A stretch of 64,000 bases of DNA from a virus. Each line of letters begins with the position of its first letter. Position 1 is the first letter of the stretch. Location: the IMG/VR virus record IMGVR_UViG_2718217647_000001; one strand, given 5' to 3'. The position numbers and the translations under genes were made by a program. Under the pieces are notes generated by a model, which made no database searches, was not told where the DNA came from, and was given only the letters and a program-made list of their open reading frames with translations. Below, one piece after another: positions 57,737-64,000 of this stretch.

Positions 57737-57777
57737 AGCTTTAATGCTATATCAATATGATACTAGGAGGGGTAAAA

Positions 57778-58083
57778 GTGTTATTGCTTTACAAAAAGTC
57801 GACTGGTCATATTGTAGGGACAAACAATAGTCCCCTGGCTACGTTTGAAAACATGTATCCCCATGCTACAGAAGAATTCAAGCAAATGTATGGGGGATTA
57901 GTAGTAGAAGATGATCCTGAATATGACAGAAATAGGCAATGGTATAAAGTTGAAGATGATATTAGGGTTGTAAGACTGGAATCTCCTTGGATTGAAGAAC
58001 AGGTTAGACCACCAGATCCGGGAGATCAGCGTATTCTTGACTTAGAACTGGCTGTAGCCGCTATCCTGGGAGGTGCGTCATGA
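57778..58083 (+). CDS. Hypothetical tail-fibre-assembly-like protein
   Basis: SD AGGAGG; C-terminal QRILDLELAVAAILGG. Confidence 0.65.
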   Translation: MLLLYKKSTGHIVGTNNSPLATFENMYPHATEEFKQMYGGLVVEDDPEYDRNRQWYKVEDDIRVVRLESPWIEEQVRPPDPGDQRILDLELAVAAILGGAS

Positions 58084-58223
58084 TGCCGGAGTGGAAGCGA
58101 AATATCTTTGTCCGGGCGATAACAGCCCGGATGGCAGGGGAGGGGAGGACAAAGGAGGATCTGATTGCCGAATATGTCTTACTGACGGAGGAGGAGAAAG
58201 CGGAAATACTGAGCTATATTTGA
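58080..58223 (+). CDS. XkdX-like microprotein (47 aa; not in ORF track)
   Basis: MMPEWKRNIFVRAI...LTEEEKAEIL; SD GGAGG; typical position before the holin. Confidence 0.6.
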   Translation: MMPEWKRNIFVRAITARMAGEGRTKEDLIAEYVLLTEEEKAEILSYI

Positions 58224-58266
58224 GCCTAAAAGGCTCATTAATTTTGTTACCGAGGAGGGGGTTATA

Positions 58267-58794
58267 TTGGGCATCATAGAAATGTTTGCAGGCACTATCA
58301 GTAAAGTAGGGGAGAACCACTGGGCGCAGTTTTGGGGTGTGTTGCTAGGGATCTTTTTTTATCTGGTGGAGCCGGGAGCAGCTTTTGGGGCATTATGGAT
58401 TGCCGTGGCTGGCGATTTATTCAGCAGACTGATAGCCGAGGCAAGGACCCATGGTGGACTGTATCATGCAGCCAAAGAAGGATTTATTAATTCCGAAAAA
58501 ATGTTTTGGCAAACGGCGGTAAAGATTACCGCATATTTTTTTATGTGCGTGATGGCCAATCAGAGCAAATACATATTCAGGTATGACGCACCGTCGGAGC
58601 TGTTCTCAACTATTGTTTATTCAATTCTTTTTTTGGTGGAGTTTTTCTCGGTCTCTAAGAATTTTCAAGACGCAGGCGTCAATTCTTTTAAATGGTTGGC
58701 CATGTTCGCAAAGCAAAGATTAGATAAAATTGTACCTGGTGGAGGTGATATTTGTGAGGGAGATAAACCTTCTTCATCCGGACCTACAGACTAA
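58267..58794 (+). CDS. Holin (phage holin family 4-like)
   Basis: TM helices; INSEKM...AVK, LVEFFSVSKNF motifs. Confidence 0.75.
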   Translation: MGIIEMFAGTISKVGENHWAQFWGVLLGIFFYLVEPGAAFGALWIAVAGDLFSRLIAEARTHGGLYHAAKEGFINSEKMFWQTAVKITAYFFMCVMANQSKYIFRYDAPSELFSTIVYSILFLVEFFSVSKNFQDAGVNSFKWLAMFAKQRLDKIVPGGGDICEGDKPSSSGPTD

Positions 58795-59347
58795 ATGTAA
58801 TAGGTTGATCGACCTGGCAAAAAGTAAGGGGCATAACATCATTATCACGCAAACACTCCGGAGCAAGCAGGAGCAAGATGATATGTATGCCCAGGGCCGG
58901 ACAAAGCCTGGAAAAATTGTTACCGAGGTTAAATATCCCCGGTCGATGCATTGCTGGGGATTGGCGTTCGACATTGCTGTCTTGCTAAACGGTCTGGTTA
59001 CCTGGGATACAAAGTTTTATGATCAGATCGGGCCATTGGCTGCGGCCATCGGCCTGGAGTGGGGCGGATCCTGGAAGAGCTTTGTAGACAAGCCTCACTA
59101 CCAGCTTCCCGGGTACGATGTTGATGATCTGATCAAGAAGTATGGTGCACCGGAGAAATTTATGAAATCGTGGGAGGGGATTAATGTGCCGGGATTTGAG
59201 GGGCCAGCCAAAGTAATTTTTAAAGGGAAGGAGCTTTCAGCAGGACTGCTGGAAGGGAGAACTTACGTGGAGATTCGGGCCCTGGCTGAGGCCATGGGCC
59301 TGAAGATTTCCTACGACAATGCCACCAAGACTGTAACCCTGTCATAG
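58754..59347 (+). CDS. Endolysin: M15-family peptidase plus copper-amine-oxidase-N-like binding domain
   Basis: TLRSKQEQDDMYAQGRT, SMHCWGLAFDI, WGGSW..FVDKPHYQ; C-terminal GRTYVEIRALAEAMG. Confidence 0.9.
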   Translation: MREINLLHPDLQTKCNRLIDLAKSKGHNIIITQTLRSKQEQDDMYAQGRTKPGKIVTEVKYPRSMHCWGLAFDIAVLLNGLVTWDTKFYDQIGPLAAAIGLEWGGSWKSFVDKPHYQLPGYDVDDLIKKYGAPEKFMKSWEGINVPGFEGPAKVIFKGKELSAGLLEGRTYVEIRALAEAMGLKISYDNATKTVTLS

Positions 59348-59386
59348 GGTTTTATTTTTTTACCAAAATTTAAATGGAGGGGATCT

Positions 59387-59773
59387 TTGATGAGTACAAT
59401 GTTCTATGATGTGTTTCAGGTTTTGATCTGCCTTTTGGCGGTTCTGCTGGCCGGCGGTCTGGTCTGGTTTATCAAAGAAAAAATCGGCGTCGAGAAAATG
59501 AAGAAAATATCCAGTGAGCTTTATGCCAATAAGGAGCTGGCTGCTGCAGCCGTCCGATATGCCCAACAAGTTTTTTGGAACCAGGCCGGCGAGATTCGGT
59601 ATCAGAAAGCTGCAGAGTGGATGTCTACACAGTGCAAGAAGGTTGGCTTAAATATTGCTGATAGTGAAATCAAAACATTAATTGAAAGTGCCCTCCGAGC
59701 CTTCAAAGACGAATTCGGTGAGGAGTGGGGAAAAGCCATTGCCGAGCCGGCCGGCGCGGAAGGAACTGAATAA
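59387..59773 (+). CDS. LL-H-family holin
   Basis: N-terminal TM helix; AVRYAQQ, RYQKA, IESA motifs. Confidence 0.8.
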   Translation: MMSTMFYDVFQVLICLLAVLLAGGLVWFIKEKIGVEKMKKISSELYANKELAAAAVRYAQQVFWNQAGEIRYQKAAEWMSTQCKKVGLNIADSEIKTLIESALRAFKDEFGEEWGKAIAEPAGAEGTE

Positions 59774-59818
59774 GGGGGTGATCCCTATCTGCCGGCCCAC
59801 TACGACCCCAGCATACGA

Positions 59819-59855
59819 GCCCTGTCTCTTCGGAGGCAGGGCCTTTTTATTTTTT
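59819..59855 (+). terminator. Late-operon terminator
   Basis: GCCCTGTCTC-TTCG-GAGGCAGGGC followed by T-tract. Confidence 0.85.
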
Positions 59856-59862
59856 CCGCCAC

Positions 59863-59927
59863 TTGACAAAACAGAGAAAAAACTGTAAAATCATTTACAA
59901 GATAATCGTCAATGATTTTACAGTTTT
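59863..59927 (+). promoter_or_regulatory. sigmaA promoter overlapped by a 17-bp inverted-repeat operator
   Basis: TTGACA(59863)-17-TAAAAT(59886); AAAACTGTAAAATCATT (59879-95) and AATGATTTTACAGTTTT (59911-27). Confidence 0.85.
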
Positions 59928-59962
59928 GGTGTTATTTTGTCAATCTTAAGGAGGATAGTTAA

Positions 59963-60568
59963 ATGGATCCAAAGCTTTTTATTGAGAATTGCTTTCCTAA
60001 AAAAGTACAAATGGAATTTTTAAGCTGTGTTCGGGATGGCTATAAGTTAGCCGATAGCATGTATGAATTATTGCCTGTTAAAGCTAAATATTTCGATGAG
60101 TTTAGAGTCAGAGCAATTAATTATACTGTTGAGGCGACTCTTATTTATGCAGTCAAACAAAACAAAATACCGTTTAATTGGATAGAAGAAAGAAACTCTG
60201 CTAACAACTGCTCACATCTTAAACTACATAGGGATGATGTTATTTTGACCGTAAGTCAAGTTGAAAGAAGGCGTTTAATGCCTAGGGAGGCTGTGTTCCG
60301 TACTTATCACAGTCAAGGAAACCAAATGTCCCTTTTTGAAGAGTTGTTAGGAGAGATTCCTTATGTTATTTTAACACATGGATATAAATCTAAAGAACCA
60401 AAGTTTGCGATGCTTGGGATGCCAGAACCACCATCTGCAATGGGTTGGGCCGGTGAACCTATTGACATAACAGATTCAATAGTTGTTGGGAGTATCGAAG
60501 AAAGAATTCCAGAAAAAGATGCTTTTAAAATGAAGAATGAGGTCCTTGAAAGGTTGAGTCGAGAATGA
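59963..60568 (+). CDS. Hypothetical protein coupled to the XRE-peptidase gene
   Basis: SD AAGGAGG; ATGA overlap with the next gene. Confidence 0.8.
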   Translation: MDPKLFIENCFPKKVQMEFLSCVRDGYKLADSMYELLPVKAKYFDEFRVRAINYTVEATLIYAVKQNKIPFNWIEERNSANNCSHLKLHRDDVILTVSQVERRRLMPREAVFRTYHSQGNQMSLFEELLGEIPYVILTHGYKSKEPKFAMLGMPEPPSAMGWAGEPIDITDSIVVGSIEERIPEKDAFKMKNEVLERLSRE

Positions 60569-61719
60569 GAAACAGTAATATGATATATGATGTTAATCCT
60601 TTGCCAGAAAGAATTAAAGAAGCTAGGATGGCTAAGGGTTATACTATGTCTCAGTTAGCTGAAAAACTGAGTATTTCTCGCCAAGCGATTTCCCAGTACG
60701 AGCTAGGTGTTAATACCCCCAAGGATGAAGTTTTTAGTAAAATGGTTGATTTTTTGGGGTTTCCAGTTAATTATTTTTACAAGCCAATTGAATATCGGTT
60801 AAATAATCCAGTTTTTTTTAGAAGCTTTAAAACAGCTGAAAAACGGGTTCGTGATATTTCGAGGGTACGAATTGGATGGATGATTGAAATACTTTTATAT
60901 TTAAAAAGATATATAGAATTTGAACAAGTTACTGAAGGTTTAATAAGATCAGCACCATCAAAAGATGATTATTACGATGACGAAATTGAAGAAATAGCTC
61001 TAAAAGTTAGAAAAAGTTTTGGACTAGGTTTAGGACCAATTAGTGATGTTGCCTTGCTGTTAGAAAATCATGGTTTTATTGTTTCCAAAATGGCATTAAA
61101 TGAACAAAAAGTAGATGCTTGTTCAGTACTTAATACTTTTGAAGATAGAAGGCCGCTTATTTTTTTGACTGAGGATAAAACTGCTGTTCATTCTAGGTTT
61201 GATGTAGCGCATGAACTAGGACATGTTGTTTTACATTCTTGGGTAGATGAGGAATATTTAGAAGATCCTCAGAATCTGAAAAGAATTGAAAAAGAAGCAT
61301 TTAGATTTGCATCAGCATTTTTAATGCCAGAGGAAACCTTCTCAAGAGAAATTTATTCAACTTCGCTTGAATCTTTTTTACCATTAAAAAAGCGATGGAA
61401 AGTATCAATTCAAGCGATGATTCGTAGATGTTATGACCTTGAGCTATTTAATCAGAATCAATATGAATATTTACAACGACAGATTTCTTCTAGGAGGGCC
61501 AGAATAAATGAGCCATTAGATGATGAGATCTGTCATGAGCAACCTAAGACTCTGAAAAAGGCAATGCAGATGTTAATTGATCATAAGGTTCAGACTCCAG
61601 TAGAAATTGTAGAAAATTTACGTCTTCCAGTTGATCAAATTGAAATGCTTTGTGGATTAGAAAAAGGGATATTGCGTGATAAAAAGGAACCTTACTTGAG
61701 AATTGTTAAGAACAATTAA
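60565..61719 (+). CDS. XRE HTH + ImmA/IrrE (DUF955) Zn-peptidase fusion
   Basis: YTMSQLAEKLSISRQAISQYELG HTH; RFDVAHELGH; EKEAFRFASAFLMP. Confidence 0.92.
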   Translation: MRNSNMIYDVNPLPERIKEARMAKGYTMSQLAEKLSISRQAISQYELGVNTPKDEVFSKMVDFLGFPVNYFYKPIEYRLNNPVFFRSFKTAEKRVRDISRVRIGWMIEILLYLKRYIEFEQVTEGLIRSAPSKDDYYDDEIEEIALKVRKSFGLGLGPISDVALLLENHGFIVSKMALNEQKVDACSVLNTFEDRRPLIFLTEDKTAVHSRFDVAHELGHVVLHSWVDEEYLEDPQNLKRIEKEAFRFASAFLMPEETFSREIYSTSLESFLPLKKRWKVSIQAMIRRCYDLELFNQNQYEYLQRQISSRRARINEPLDDEICHEQPKTLKKAMQMLIDHKVQTPVEIVENLRLPVDQIEMLCGLEKGILRDKKEPYLRIVKNN

Positions 61720-61764
61720 TATCTTTAAACTTTACTTACTGTAGTGGCTTTATGGGGGTGAAGA

Positions 61765-62418
61765 ATGCAATATTTTGAAATAAAAGCAGACCTTCAGTTT
61801 ATGAAGGATTTTTTAAAAAATGTATATGATTTGTGGCAAATTGAATCAGAGGTTGCAAAGAAGATCGGACGAGGCCACTGGGTGTTGCATAATGAATATA
61901 AAAAAATTGTACGAAATCAGGCGGCTAGCGTTGGAGGTTACCAACATATTCGATCATTAGTTGCAACTGGTTCTCTAAGAGCCATAAAAATTGCAGATGC
62001 TTTCGGAATACCTATTCATGCAAATTCGTTCCCGGCACCGGCAGTTGGTGGACCAGTTATACCTCTTAATCTTTTTTCCGCAATTCTAAATGACACTTCC
62101 TATAATGGGATTGACAAACAGGTGATTATTGATGCAATTAATCAAACAATTGAGGCTTGCGAAATAAGGGTAAAACAAGAACTCTGGAATCTAATAAACC
62201 CTTTATATTGGGTTAAAACAATTTTTATATTTATTATACGAATACCGTTTTTGCTTATCAAATTTTCGGGTTTCAACGTAGATAAAATTGAAGAACACAT
62301 CTTTTCAAAATTATTTAAGGTAATAGAGTTGGGAGTGTTAATAATTATACTCCTAAAATATGGTTTTAATCTTGATGAAATTGTAAAACAGGTTATGCTC
62401 CCAATTTTTACAAAGTGA
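61765..62418 (+). CDS. Hypothetical protein with C-terminal TM helices
   Basis: ORF track; hydrophobic C-terminus. Confidence 0.75.
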   Translation: MQYFEIKADLQFMKDFLKNVYDLWQIESEVAKKIGRGHWVLHNEYKKIVRNQAASVGGYQHIRSLVATGSLRAIKIADAFGIPIHANSFPAPAVGGPVIPLNLFSAILNDTSYNGIDKQVIIDAINQTIEACEIRVKQELWNLINPLYWVKTIFIFIIRIPFLLIKFSGFNVDKIEEHIFSKLFKVIELGVLIIILLKYGFNLDEIVKQVMLPIFTK

Positions 62419-62635
62419 GATTCTTAGCAAGTCAAAGCGCGTTCGATATGATAACAGTACCACCATCAAGGAGGTACTGCTTATTTTATCTGCCGATCCT
62501 AACCAAGCCCGCCATCTTGATTATTTTTTGAAATAAGACTGTCCGAAAGGCACTTATATTATAAGTGGGCAGAGGACAAATTTTCACTTGAAAAATCATC
62601 AAAAAATACATGAATACTTGATAAACCATTCCCTT

Positions 62636-62661
62636 CAAATTCCCAAGCGCTTGGGAATTTG
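62636..62661. repeat. 26-bp perfect palindrome, copy C (identical to copy B)
   Basis: CAAATTCCCAAGCGCTTGGGAATTTG. Confidence 0.97.
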
Positions 62662-62830
62662 CCCTCATGGAATCGTGACCAGCTCGGCTGGCCGGACAAG
62701 AACTATGATCAAAAACCTCAAGAAGTACTGTCCGGAATTTTCCGGGTCTCTTTGTTTTATTGGAGGAATTTGGAGATTTATGTGGAAATACATTTTACAA
62801 AATTTGTGCTGTTAAATGGAGGAGAAAATT

Positions 62831-64000
62831 GTGAAGAAACTTGTTGATATTCAATCTTTTGGATCTATAGATGCCGATAATGATGAGTATCTTTTACAAT
62901 CTTTCGAGGATCATGAAGCCTATATAAAGGTATTAAAACGTGAAAAATTCTTAGTAACGGGAAGAAAGGGTTCAGGAAAAACTGCAATTTATAAGAAAAT
63001 TATTACGACTAAAGAAAGAGATTTTTTTACATTCGGGCATGCATTTTCAGACTATCCTTGGCATTTCCATGAAAAACAAGCAAAGGAGGGGGTTCCTGAC
63101 TTTGATAAATTCACTCATAGTTGGAAATATTTGATATTGCTCACAACGGCAAAAATTATTTTAAATCAGGACCAATCACTCCCATTTGATGATGCGTCAT
63201 TTGAATATTTATCAAAAATTGAAGGCTTTGTAGTTGACTCATACGGAACAAGAGATCCTGATGTAACGCAAATATTTTCTCCATCAAAAAAACTAAAATT
63301 AAAACCAACCTTTGATATTGATGTTGGAATTCTACATGCAGGCATATCCCCTGAAAGTGTTCCTATAGCTGAGTTACCACTTATAGTATCGGAAGTTAAT
63401 AAAAATCTTGCCCATTATATTATTTATAGTTTAAATCCGAATAATGGATATTACATTTGTTTTGACCAGTTAGATTTAGGGTTTGATCCAAATAGTCCGC
63501 AATATTATAATCGATTAATAGGACTTATTCTTGCTGCTCGGGACCTTAATATACTAGCAAAAGAAATGAAAAGAAAATTTTTTGTAGTAATATTTTTACG
63601 AGATGATATTTATGATCAGTTACATTTTGAGGATAAGAATAAAATTACCGAAAATTTTTATACTCTAATTGAATGGGATACTCAGCGGACTAGTCGTACA
63701 TTAAAAGGTCTTATGGAGAAAAGATTCAAGGCAACAATTGGTGAATTTAAGGATGAGGTTACTTGGGAACGGGTGTTTGATGAAGCCCAGGAAATGCCTG
63801 GTCACCAGACAAAGTATAAATATATTACTGAACGAACTTATTTAAGACCTCGCGATATTATTAAATTTACGAATTCGGTTCTCCAATCGTATAAAAATAG
63901 TGTAGGTTTAGAAGGTGGCGATCAATCAAATTTATTTTTAAACCAAGATTTGCATAATGCTCGTGAAGAATATGGAAGATATTTTCAAAGAGAGATAGAT
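62831..64000 (+). CDS. P-loop ATPase (Sll1717-like), partial; runs off the right edge and is not in the ORF track
   Basis: Manual translation open for 390 codons; Walker A GRKGSGKT, Walker B ICFDQLD, FLRDDIYDQLHFEDKNK, LRPRDII. Confidence 0.85.
   Translation, partial: MKKLVDIQSFGSIDADNDEYLLQSFEDHEAYIKVLKREKFLVTGRKGSGKTAIYKKIITTKERDFFTFGHAFSDYPWHFHEKQAKEGVPDFDKFTHSWKYLILLTTAKIILNQDQSLPFDDASFEYLSKIEGFVVDSYGTRDPDVTQIFSPSKKLKLKPTFDIDVGILHAGISPESVPIAELPLIVSEVNKNLAHYIIYSLNPNNGYYICFDQLDLGFDPNSPQYYNRLIGLILAARDLNILAKEMKRKFFVVIFLRDDIYDQLHFEDKNKITENFYTLIEWDTQRTSRTLKGLMEKRFKATIGEFKDEVTWERVFDEAQEMPGHQTKYKYITERTYLRPRDIIKFTNSVLQSYKNSVGLEGGDQSNLFLNQDLHNAREEYGRYFQREID

Larger units (their letters stand above)
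54481..57740 (-). mobile_element. IS110-family element (ends inferred) carrying nested IS3 copy 3
   Basis: AGCT at both ends (54481-84, 57737-40); rejoining the ends gives TTGACT-17/18-(T)AATAAT junction promoter. Confidence 0.7.
1..59855. mobile_element. Defective (IS-inactivated) temperate siphovirus-like prophage; left end beyond the window, right boundary (attR) not identified, may extend past 62.7 kb
   Basis: Canonical module order integrase-immunity-replication-packaging-head-tail-lysis. Confidence 0.95.

Noticed and set aside
62420-62520. Possible attR or hairpin AGTACC...GGTACT
   Set aside because: attL lies outside the window, so no direct repeat can be compared.
62486-62668. Minus-strand ORF starting MRANSQALGNL, resembling the DUF3102 segment
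   Set aside because: The similarity comes only from reading palindrome C; the rest has no recognisable features and no SD.
1-64000. CRISPR array, tRNA or rRNA genes
   Set aside because: No regularly spaced repeat-spacer units or cloverleaf/rRNA signatures recognised; the palindromes are kilobases apart.

Overview
Almost the whole window is one temperate siphovirus-like prophage from a Firmicutes (Clostridia-like) host; the host assignment is inferred from SD/promoter style and gene content. Module order: integrase (N-terminus only, minus strand, runs off the left edge), immunity region (ImmR/ImmA, Cro, Xis), recombination/replication (SSAP-like, SbcD/SbcC, DnaD, PcfK/PcfJ, DUF3102, RecU), late activator, terminase, head, tail, lysis, then an AT-rich accessory or defence-like block to the right edge. 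Three copies of a 1479-bp IS3-family element disable it: copy 1 splits the integrase (TSD CTA), copy 2 sits at a deletion removing the terS 3' end and terL 5' end (no TSD), and copy 3 lies inside an IS110 element (TSD GCT) that is itself inserted in the tail region. Strongest unexplained signal: a 26-bp perfect palindrome (core TCCCAAGCGCTTGGGA) present three times, once encoding part of the DUF3102 protein and twice intergenic. Other signals: a consensus LexA box over the integrase promoter, about 10 sigmaH-type promoters in front of accessory genes, an IS110 with an inferred AGCT core and a bridge-RNA-like leader, a +1 UUU_CGU frameshift candidate in the tail chaperone, and an operator-controlled XRE/Zn-peptidase module followed by a P-loop ATPase. 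No RT/DGR, CRISPR array, tRNA or rRNA was seen. Product names come from motif recognition and gene context, not database searches.
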